A DNA stretch of 41,207 nt from Pyrinomonadaceae bacterium (lineage in GTDB: Bacteria; Acidobacteriota; Blastocatellia; Pyrinomonadales; Pyrinomonadaceae). Position numbers and translations under genes: made by a program. The stretch is taken from positions 1-41,207 of the forward strand of contig CAXRBW010000148.1 in NCBI GenBank assembly GCA_964228775.1, given 5' to 3'. Shown here piece after piece: positions 33,874 to 41,207 of this stretch (positions are counted from its first letter, which is position 1; the number at the start of each line of letters is the position of its first letter). A model generated the notes under the pieces. That model worked only from the letters and a program-made list of their open reading frames with translations. It was not told the DNA's origin and ran no database searches.

Positions 33874-34173
33874 ATGGGTGGAAAATCTTGGGATGAGTGG
33901 GTAGAGGAGTATTCACTTTCTCACCAAAACAGAATTAACCAAATCACTCACAGTATAGGTATTCCGATGATCGTGATATCGCTTGTGGCAGCGGTCGTCG
34001 GTCTATTCATGAAACTGACCGTGGCATTCTATATTTCTGTCGGCCTCTTCCTGACTGGTTGGATTCTGCAATTCATAGGTCACTATTTTGAAGGTAAGCC
34101 ACCTGAGTTTTTGAAGGATTACAGATTTCTCTTTGTTGGTGTCAGATGGTGGTTCAAAAAGAATCTTGGCTAG
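33874..34173 (+). CDS. DUF962 (Mpo1-like) small membrane protein
   Basis: A 99-aa ORF with HQNRINQITHSIGIPMI and GHYFEGKPPEF, plus two hydrophobic helices. Confidence 0.7.
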   Translation: MGGKSWDEWVEEYSLSHQNRINQITHSIGIPMIVISLVAAVVGLFMKLTVAFYISVGLFLTGWILQFIGHYFEGKPPEFLKDYRFLFVGVRWWFKKNLG

Positions 34174-34253
34174 GGATATTTATCGAGCCACAACAGGCCC
34201 CAGAGATACACCACTATTGATAACGCTCTAACCAAACTTATTTCAGACTTTTT

Positions 34254-36284
34254 ATGTCGAAGAAAAAGCCCGCTGGAATCGAAGAAAAGGCGATAAACAC
34301 AATAAGAACTCTCTCTTTGGATGCCATACAAAAGGCTAATTCTGGGCACCCCGGCCTACCCCTAGGTATGGCACCTGCGGCATATGTGATTTGGACGAAA
34401 TTTCTCAGACATAATCCGAAAAATCCAAAATGGTTCAACCGAGACCGCTTCCTTCTTTCTGCTGGTCATGGATCGATGTTGCTTTATAGCCTTCTCCATC
34501 TGACTGGATATGACTTATCGATGAAGGACATCAAGAGGTTCAGGCAACTCCATTCGAAGACGCCGGGACATCCAGAAAACACGGTGACACCGGGAGTTGA
34601 AATAACCACAGGACCACTCGGGCAAGGTTTTGCGAACGGGGTTGGTATGGGGATTGCGCAGGCGCACCTCGCAGCTCGGTACAATAAAAAGGGATTCAAG
34701 ATTGTCGACAACTTTATTTACGCAATCGTCTCAGATGGGGACTTAATGGAAGGTGTGAGTTATGAAGCGGCGTCATTAGCCGGGCATTTGAAGCTCTCAA
34801 ACCTTATATATCTTTACGATGACAACAAGATAACAATAGATGGTTCAACCGACCTCGCGTTCACTGAAGATGTAACTAAGAGATTTGAAGCTTGTGGGTG
34901 GCACGTTTCAACTGTAAAAGATGGTAATGACATTGAAGCGATAGAAAAAGCCATCGAGTCAGCAAGAAAAATAAAAGACAAACCGAAGCTAATCAGAATC
35001 AAGACTGTTATAGGCTTCGGCATGCCGAAACAAGGTACATCGAAGGCCCATTCAGATGCACCAGGGATTGATGCGGTAAAAGAAACAAAGCGTAATCTTG
35101 GGTGGCCTGAGGACAAGGAATTCTTTGTTCCCCAAGACGTGTACTCTCATTTCAAGAAATATGTCAGTAAGGCAGTTGCTGCTGAAAAAACCTGGGAGAC
35201 ACTTTTTGCAAAATATAAAAGCTCATATCCGATAGAAGCGAAAGAGTTTGGTCGAATGTCTGTTGGAAAGATCTCGGCGGGTTGGGAAAAAACTCTTTCA
35301 GGTTATGTGTCCCGAGAAGCAAAAGCTACGCGGGCTTATTCAGGTGAGATCATCAATGTACTTGCTGAAGTAGTTCCCCAATTAATAGGCGGGTCGGCTG
35401 ATTTAACTCCTTCAAACAACACGTTCATTAAGAATTCACCGGCCATTCAGGCGGGAGAATACGAAGGCCGTAATATACATTTTGGAATTAGAGAGCACGC
35501 CATGGGTTCGCTTATGAACGGAATGGCTCTCTATGGTGGACTGATTCCTTTTGGGGGAACCTTCCAAACCTTTTCAGATTACATGCGTCCTGCAATCAGG
35601 CTTGCGGCGCTCTCGAACATACAAGCACTTTTTGTTTTCACCCATGACTCAATCGGACTCGGTGAGGACGGTCCCACGCACCAATCCGTAGAACATATAG
35701 CAGCGATGAGGGCAATACCGAACCTTGCGGTAATCAGACCTGCCGATGCTGAAGAAACTCGTGAGGCTTGGCGAGCGGCTCTGCTCCGCACAACGGGGCC
35801 AACTGCGTTCGCGTTGTCGAGGCAAAAGGTTGAGGTTCTTGATCGGAAACGGCTCTCCAAAGCAGATGGTCTACATAAGGGAGGATATGTTTTATCGGAG
35901 GCGAGAAATAGCAAAGGCAAGGAAGTGAATCCAAGGGTTGTATTGATTGCGAGTGGATCTGAAGTCGGAATTGCACTCCGGGCCAGTGAAATTCTAAATA
36001 GCAAAGGTACGCCAACACGGGTTGTCTCCATGCCGTGTTGGGAATTCTTTGACGCTCAGCCGCTCCAATACAGGAAAAAGGTTTTACCAGAGAATGTGGT
36101 GGCGAAAATAGCAATTGAGGCGGGATCGTCGCTTGGCTGGGCGAAGTATGTAGGATCGGATGGTATCGTGATGGGAGTAGATAAATTCGGTGTAAGTGCT
36201 CCTGCTGAGGAGGTCTTCGCGGAATACGGATTCACGGTCTCTAATGTGATTACCTCTGTTCAAAAGCTTTTGAAGAAACGTTGA
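34254..36284 (+). CDS. tkt: Transketolase
   Basis: Motifs seen: [48 protein letters not shown], the thiamine-diphosphate motif [24 protein letters not shown] and RPAD. Confidence 0.95.
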   Translation: MSKKKPAGIEEKAINTIRTLSLDAIQKANSGHPGLPLGMAPAAYVIWTKFLRHNPKNPKWFNRDRFLLSAGHGSMLLYSLLHLTGYDLSMKDIKRFRQLHSKTPGHPENTVTPGVEITTGPLGQGFANGVGMGIAQAHLAARYNKKGFKIVDNFIYAIVSDGDLMEGVSYEAASLAGHLKLSNLIYLYDDNKITIDGSTDLAFTEDVTKRFEACGWHVSTVKDGNDIEAIEKAIESARKIKDKPKLIRIKTVIGFGMPKQGTSKAHSDAPGIDAVKETKRNLGWPEDKEFFVPQDVYSHFKKYVSKAVAAEKTWETLFAKYKSSYPIEAKEFGRMSVGKISAGWEKTLSGYVSREAKATRAYSGEIINVLAEVVPQLIGGSADLTPSNNTFIKNSPAIQAGEYEGRNIHFGIREHAMGSLMNGMALYGGLIPFGGTFQTFSDYMRPAIRLAALSNIQALFVFTHDSIGLGEDGPTHQSVEHIAAMRAIPNLAVIRPADAEETREAWRAALLRTTGPTAFALSRQKVEVLDRKRLSKADGLHKGGYVLSEARNSKGKEVNPRVVLIASGSEVGIALRASEILNSKGTPTRVVSMPCWEFFDAQPLQYRKKVLPENVVAKIAIEAGSSLGWAKYVGSDGIVMGVDKFGVSAPAEEVFAEYGFTVSNVITSVQKLLKKR

Positions 36285-36298
36285 CTCCGCTCTCTATT

Positions 36299-36323
36299 AA
36301 AGGGGCCGATGGCCCCTTTTTTT
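36299..36323 (+). terminator. Rho-independent terminator after tkt
   Basis: AAAGGGGCC, loop GAT, GGCCCCTTT, followed by TTTT. Confidence 0.85.
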
Positions 36324-36361
36324 CCTTACTTTTTAATTTTGTTAGAGACCAATAAATCTCT

Positions 36362-37849
36362 GTGAGCAAGTTGATTCCAGCCGCTGCGTTGATACTGCTA
36401 GACCACGAGCAGTCCTCTGTTCTGTGGGCAAAGAGACATGAAGATATTAAGTTCCTTGGGGGATTTCATGCTTTTCCAGGTGGAAAGATTGAGTCGGAAG
36501 ATGCTGATATTCAAGTCGCGGGTCAAATGGGTGCTGACTTATCTACCTTCCTAGTCGGGGCGGTTCGGGAAACTTTTGAAGAAATCGGTATTTTGATTGT
36601 TAGGGGTGGTGAGAAACTGACAAAAGGTCAGTTGAGATCTTTACATGACGATCTGATTTCTAAACGAAGTTCATTCAAAGAGATTTTAGATAATTGGAGT
36701 CTCGAGATTAATTCGGATGATTTTGTTTATTGTGGGTATTGGCGCACACCGAATTTTTCACCAGTACGGTTTGAAACCCATTTCTTCATTACAAAATGTC
36801 CAAGGAAACAAAAACCGTATTCCGCGGTCGGTGAACTTATAGATGTCGAATTTATTAGACCTAAAGAGGCTTTATCAAAATGGAATGATGCCGAGGTGCT
36901 TGTATCACCCCCTGTTTTACTGACCCTGCAGACCCTCAGTACGGAGAGCGCCAAGCCGTTACAAATCGATAGTTTGGGGCGCGTTTTGATTGAGGAGGCA
37001 CAATCTAAAAATGGTGAAATTCATTTTATACAAATCAACTCACATGTCGTGGTCGCACCTCTAAGGACAAAAACTCTGTCACCCGCAACACACACAAATT
37101 GCTTCATTGTCGGTGGTCTGGAATTTATAGTGATCGACGCTGCGAGTAGAGAGGTTGCCGAGCAGGAAAGGCTTATTTCATTTATCGATGGAATGATTGC
37201 TTTTGGCGGGCGATGCAAAGCAATTCTAATCTCTCACTTACACCCTGATCACCATGGAGGAGAGACAGTTGTTAAAGATCATTTTAAGCAACGACACGGA
37301 ATTGATGTGCCAATTCTCGCTCACCCCAGAACCGCACAAGCATTAGAGTCAGAGGTATTGTTTGATGGCCATCTTTCGGGTGATGAAAAGCTCATTCTTA
37401 AAGATTGGTTGGGAGAGGAATTTTCTTTGGAGGTAATCCATTCTCCCGGCCATGCAAAAGGACATCTTTGTTTCTATGACCGTGGTAATGGATTTCTCAT
37501 CTCATGTGACAACGTCATCAACAATGGTTCAGTAGTCATTGCTCCGCCTGAGGGGAATATGGGTGAATATATCAGGTCATTAAATCATCTAAGGGAATTG
37601 CCAGATCTCAAGTCATTGTGTGGGTCGCATGGAACTGGGGTCTTTGATGCCCGCCGAAAAATTGATGATTACCTGTTTCATCGCTCCAAAAGGGAAAGAG
37701 AGGTTCAGGAGTTATGGGGTGAGGGATTAAGAACTGCTGAAGATATAGCCTCTAAAATATATGTCGGATTGGAAGACCGATTGATGCCATTGGCAATCAA
37801 GACTGTTGGGGCCCATTTGGAATACCTTGTCGAGAAAGGCTCTATTTAA
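36362..37849 (+). CDS. Two-domain protein: N-terminal Nudix hydrolase fused to a C-terminal MBL-fold metallo-hydrolase
   Basis: GTG start. The Nudix box-like segment is FPGGKIESED...AVRETFEEIGI, with a longer than canonical insert. The MBL motifs are ISHLHPDHHGG (HxHxDH) and HSPGHAKGH. Confidence 0.8.
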   Translation: MSKLIPAAALILLDHEQSSVLWAKRHEDIKFLGGFHAFPGGKIESEDADIQVAGQMGADLSTFLVGAVRETFEEIGILIVRGGEKLTKGQLRSLHDDLISKRSSFKEILDNWSLEINSDDFVYCGYWRTPNFSPVRFETHFFITKCPRKQKPYSAVGELIDVEFIRPKEALSKWNDAEVLVSPPVLLTLQTLSTESAKPLQIDSLGRVLIEEAQSKNGEIHFIQINSHVVVAPLRTKTLSPATHTNCFIVGGLEFIVIDAASREVAEQERLISFIDGMIAFGGRCKAILISHLHPDHHGGETVVKDHFKQRHGIDVPILAHPRTAQALESEVLFDGHLSGDEKLILKDWLGEEFSLEVIHSPGHAKGHLCFYDRGNGFLISCDNVINNGSVVIAPPEGNMGEYIRSLNHLRELPDLKSLCGSHGTGVFDARRKIDDYLFHRSKREREVQELWGEGLRTAEDIASKIYVGLEDRLMPLAIKTVGAHLEYLVEKGSI

Positions 37850-37867
37850 GTTTTCAAATAAAGCTGG

Positions 37868-38566
37868 TTATCTTAAATCAAAAAAAAGAAACTCAGAATT
37901 CTTATTAACTGATTCTATCCGAACGAGTTCTTCGGAAATTATTCCTGCTCCGTCGCCGGCTTTTAGACTCACGCCATTTATTAAAATTTGTCCAGAAATA
38001 ATCTGAATCCAAGCTCTGCGGTCGGACTTCATCTGATAATCCACCTGTTTTCCCTCTTCAAGAACAGTCGCGAAGATTTGAGTGTCTTGGTTGATTTTAA
38101 TCGTCTCTCGTTCATCTGAGCCCGACGCAATCAAACACATCCTGTTTAACTTCATTTCGGTGCTGACGAGTCGTTGTTCGTAATTGGGTATCAATCCGTT
38201 TTGATTCGGGGTGATCCAGATCTGCAAAAGGTGAGTTCTTTCTTCGTCGGAACTGAATTCGCTATGGGTGACTCCGGTACCGGCTGTCATCTTTTGCACT
38301 TCTTCACTCTTGATGGTTGTGCCGTTACCAAGCGAGTCTTTATGGCTCAGACTTCCGGTTATGACGTAGGTCAAGATTTCCATATCCTGATGGCTATGTG
38401 GTGGAAAACCTGATCCAGCCGCTATCAAATCTTCATTTATAACCCTGAGATCGCTGAATCCCGTGAACCTGTGATCAAAATAATTATTGAAGGAGAATGT
38501 GTAGCGGGTATCGAGCCAACCGAAGTCGTTATGGCCACGTTCCGCTGATGGACGTATATTTATCAT
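37868..38566 (-). CDS. Pirin family protein (YhhW/quercetinase-like bicupin)
   Basis: Motifs seen: GWLDTRYTFSF, GFPPHSHQDMEILTYVITGSLSHKDSLGN and MTAGTGVTHSE. Confidence 0.9.
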   Translation of the reverse strand: MINIRPSAERGHNDFGWLDTRYTFSFNNYFDHRFTGFSDLRVINEDLIAAGSGFPPHSHQDMEILTYVITGSLSHKDSLGNGTTIKSEEVQKMTAGTGVTHSEFSSDEERTHLLQIWITPNQNGLIPNYEQRLVSTEMKLNRMCLIASGSDERETIKINQDTQIFATVLEEGKQVDYQMKSDRRAWIQIISGQILINGVSLKAGDGAGIISEELVRIESVNKNSEFLFFDLR

Positions 38567-38638
38567 CTTTACTGAGTATCAGATATTATAAAAAGGTTTT
38601 TCAATTTGATTCAGACTTATAGATATTTCAATAAATCT

Positions 38639-39001
38639 ATGGAAACAAACAACTCACCTAAGTTCGACAAAAGACCCTGGGGAACATTCACCGTTATTGA
38701 TGAGGGTGAAAATTATAAAGTAAAGCGAATAGAGGTTCTCGCGGGTAAGAGATTGAGTTATCAGCAGCATGCCAAGAGAGCCGAACATTGGTTTTTGGTG
38801 TGTGGCGAGGCTATGGTCACTTTAAATGGCGAGGCCTTTAAATTGGGTGCCGGAGATGCCATTGATATTCCAATCGGAGCAGCCCATCGGATCGAAAACT
38901 CAGGGGACTCTTTATTGGTTTTTGTGGAGGTTCAGCGGGGCGAGTATCTAGGGGAAGATGATATTGTTAGATTTGACGATGATTTTGGAAGGGTCGTTTA
39001 G
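38639..39001 (+). CDS. Cupin domain protein (mannose-6-phosphate isomerase type II C-terminal-like)
   Basis: Motifs seen: KRPWGTFTVIDEGENYKVKRIEVLAGKRLSYQQHAKRAEHWFLVCGEA and HRIENSGD. ATG at 38639 is preferred over TTG at 38606. Confidence 0.8.
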   Translation: METNNSPKFDKRPWGTFTVIDEGENYKVKRIEVLAGKRLSYQQHAKRAEHWFLVCGEAMVTLNGEAFKLGAGDAIDIPIGAAHRIENSGDSLLVFVEVQRGEYLGEDDIVRFDDDFGRVV

Positions 39002-39120
39002 GGCCGTAAATATTTTGAACAGTGCATTACTGTCTGGATTTAAGTGGTCATTTTTATTACCTAAATCAGAGCTATAAAAAGGTAACAGTAGTTTACTGAG
39101 AAAGTCTTGGATTGGTTATT

Positions 39121-39468
39121 ATGACAGATAATTGTCTCTTCTGCGGAATCTCATCGGGGGTTATTCCCTCAGACAAAGTTTTTGAAGATGATCTGTGTTT
39201 CGCCTTCAATGACATCGCTCCTCAGGCACCAATTCACGTTCTGATTGTCCCTAAAAAGCATGTTGACTCCCTCGATAAACTCAATGGTTTTGCGCCGGAG
39301 ATTTTAGGACATTTGATGTTGAAGACCTCCCAAATTGCCAAAGATTTGGGTGTGGGTGAAGAGGGTTATAGGGTGGTAATAAACACAAATGGAAATGGTG
39401 GGCAGACTGTCTATCATCTTCATCTTCACCTATTAGCAGGAAGACCTTTTATATTTCCGCCAGGATAG
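39121..39468 (+). CDS. HIT family (histidine triad nucleotide-binding, Hint-like) protein
   Basis: The N-terminus is CLFCGI. Also present are APIHVLIVPKKH and the triad GGQTVYHLHLHLLAG. ATG at 39121 is preferred over TTG at 39112. Confidence 0.9.
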   Translation: MTDNCLFCGISSGVIPSDKVFEDDLCFAFNDIAPQAPIHVLIVPKKHVDSLDKLNGFAPEILGHLMLKTSQIAKDLGVGEEGYRVVINTNGNGGQTVYHLHLHLLAGRPFIFPPG

Positions 39469-39483
39469 AAAACAGGATAAAGA

Positions 39484-40185
39484 ATGAAAAGTTTATCGAT
39501 TTCGTCACTACTTTTAACCATAGCTTTATTTGGCATTAGTTGCGGCGGTGACGCTGGACGGGTAGAAGGGCCCATTCAGTACTCTGATGCCGCAACTGCG
39601 TTTGCTGAGGGTGAGAAGCTCTTTGACGCCAATAAGTTTGAAATGGCCGTGAATGCGTATAGGCAGGCAGTTGCACTAGATAACCTTAATGGGGACGCTT
39701 ATTTTAAATTGGGTATCTCATTAAGTCTTATCGAATCGAAAGCAAGGGAGCTTAGGAAGGAGGTAGTTACGGCAGATGGGGGAGATAAATCGATCTTACC
39801 AGTTTCAGAATCACAAAAGGCATTTGAAGGGGCTGTTGCTGCGTACAAGACGTTGCTCGAAAAATCTCCTGGGGACGCCTCAGTACAGTTCAGTCTTGGA
39901 AGGGCTTATGAAAAACTTGATCGTGATTCTGAAGCTGAAAAATGGTTTCGTGAGTCTTTGAAGCTGGATTCGGCGAATAACGATGTCCGAGTGGAGTTGG
40001 GTGATGTTCTAATGAAACTTGCCAAATACTCCGAAGCAATTTCTGTTTACTCAAAAGCAAAAGAGGCTGATCCTGAGAATTTTGATTTAGATGACAAGAT
40101 AGAAGAGGCGAAGGCGGGGAGAATGAGGCAGACATTTACAGGTCCTTCACCTTCACCCTCTCCAACGCCAGGCACAATTCAATAA
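39484..40185 (+). CDS. TPR-repeat lipoprotein
   Basis: The signal peptide carries the lipobox LFGISC. At least three TPR-like repeats follow (AVNAYRQAVALDNLNGDAYFKLG, etc.), then a PSPSPSPTP tail. Confidence 0.75.
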   Translation: MKSLSISSLLLTIALFGISCGGDAGRVEGPIQYSDAATAFAEGEKLFDANKFEMAVNAYRQAVALDNLNGDAYFKLGISLSLIESKARELRKEVVTADGGDKSILPVSESQKAFEGAVAAYKTLLEKSPGDASVQFSLGRAYEKLDRDSEAEKWFRESLKLDSANNDVRVELGDVLMKLAKYSEAISVYSKAKEADPENFDLDDKIEEAKAGRMRQTFTGPSPSPSPTPGTIQ

Positions 40186-40262
40186 AGTCCTTTGGAAGTG
40201 GGTATTTGTTGTCTTTTCTTAAATTTGTGTCATGTTGACACTATTCAACCAAGACCTAGAAT

Positions 40263-40290
40263 AAAGGGGGCTTAAAGCCCCCTTTTTATT
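40263..40290 (+). terminator. Rho-independent terminator
   Basis: AAAGGGGGC, loop TTAAA, GCCCCCTTT, followed by TTATT. Confidence 0.75.
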
Positions 40291-40293
40291 GGA

Positions 40294-41207
40294 ATGAAAT
40301 TAAATCTAGAAGTCGAAGAGAGCCTCTTAATCGAACGAAAGATAAGGATGCATGAGGCTCGTGAAGGAATAATCGATCGACTTGCCAGAGACCTGCCTGC
40401 GAGTATCGATATCAATCGATTTTTAGATGTGATTGTCTCTGAAATCGGAAGGATGATGGAGGCAGACCGGTGCGATGTTATCGAACTTAACTCGAACCAG
40501 GAGCTGATAATCAACCATGAGTGGAGGCGCACCGACGAGGTACCTTCAAGCCTTGGAACAAAACTTCCAATTGATTTAGAAAAGCTAAGTCAGAGAATAG
40601 ATATATCGTCATCGATAGCAATTTCCAACACCGCTGAAATAAAAGATCCTACCTTGAAGTTTTTCGCTAAGGCTCTTGAAACAAAGTCACTTCTTGTTAT
40701 TCCAATATCAGTAAACTCCGCGCCTGTTGGGCTGCTTGGAGTTCATCAAACCTCATCAGTAAGAAATTGGGAAGATGAGGAGATTTCCTTTCTTGAATCC
40801 ATTGCGAGACAAATGGCAATTGGATACCAATACACAAGGCTTTACGTGACCCAAGAGAGTGAGACGAAAAGGACTACTGCTCTTTTGGAAATCGCAAACA
40901 CTCTTAATTCACATTCAGATTTCAAGGAAGTTTCCGATAGGGTTCTAGAAAAGGCTGTTGAGCTGGTGGGAGCTGATTATGGTGCTCTTGGGGTTCTAGA
41001 TGGAGATAGCATTGTGTTGGCTTCATTCAAAGTCGCGCACGGGAGAACACCTGGAAAGCTTATTGAAATGATAGGTGAACATGGTAAATCGCTTCCTATA
41101 GGTAGGTTCAAGGCAATTAAAGATATTCTAGTAAGTGGGCAGTCAACCAAACTACTCGACACCCAACTCCCACTCGCAATTAGGCTCGCGTTCAACTCAC
41201 AGCTGCA
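40294..41207 (+). CDS. Tandem GAF domain protein, 3'-truncated by the window edge (absent from the ORF track because no stop is reached)
   Basis: My hand translation from ATG 40294 is MKLNLEVEESLLIERKIRMHEAREGIIDRLARDL...DRCDVIELNSNQELIINHEW...SLLVIPISVNSAPVGLLGVHQTSSVRNWEDEEISFLESIARQMAIGYQYTRLY, a typical GAF domain. A second GAF-like start follows: ALLEIANTLNSHSDFKEVSDRVLEKAVELVGADYGALGVLDGD. Confidence 0.75.
   Translation, partial: MKLNLEVEESLLIERKIRMHEAREGIIDRLARDLPASIDINRFLDVIVSEIGRMMEADRCDVIELNSNQELIINHEWRRTDEVPSSLGTKLPIDLEKLSQRIDISSSIAISNTAEIKDPTLKFFAKALETKSLLVIPISVNSAPVGLLGVHQTSSVRNWEDEEISFLESIARQMAIGYQYTRLYVTQESETKRTTALLEIANTLNSHSDFKEVSDRVLEKAVELVGADYGALGVLDGDSIVLASFKVAHGRTPGKLIEMIGEHGKSLPIGRFKAIKDILVSGQSTKLLDTQLPLAIRLAFNSQL

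Overview
The window is a 41.2-kb chromosomal segment with dense coding on both strands. I found no rRNA, CRISPR array, transposase or phage genes. The gene content suggests an Acidobacteriota-like bacterium, but that is inference only: a VWA protein of the type common in Acidobacteria, a reaction-centre-like cytochrome c domain protein, TPR/CHAT proteins and weak Shine-Dalgarno usage.

Most of the window is housekeeping:
- Central metabolism: icd, fbaB, tkt.
- Purine synthesis and tRNA modification: purE-purK, trmFO.
- Other conserved genes: a XerC/D recombinase, crcB, selO, an Nfu-type Fe-S protein, DPP-IV, a class III aminotransferase, pirin, a cupin protein and a HIT protein.
- Two tRNA genes: tRNA-Glu(CUC) and tRNA-Thr(CGU).
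- Several clean rho-independent terminators.

The stretch from tRNA-Thr (about 20.3 kb) to about 32.2 kb looks accessory. Its centrepiece is a 1025-aa ORF (23959-27036). It fuses a canonical Zn-ribbon sirtuin (SIR2) domain to a C-terminal ADP-ribosylglycohydrolase (ARH/DraG-fold) domain through about 400 aa of unassigned sequence. The second metal-binding motif of the ARH domain appears degenerate (GNSNG where GDSDS is expected).

Three co-directional genes follow the fusion: an orphan 136-aa ORF, an ECF-like sigma factor and a single-pass anti-sigma-like protein. An exported TPR-CHAT caspase-like protease converges on them. Upstream, a MerR-like protein and a SAM methyltransferase form a divergent operon across an unusually long 503-bp intergenic region. 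I consider this SIR2-ARH / sigma / anti-sigma / CHAT neighbourhood the best candidate for an undescribed NAD/ADP-ribose-linked signalling or conflict system.

All functional calls come from motif recognition by eye. No database searches were run.
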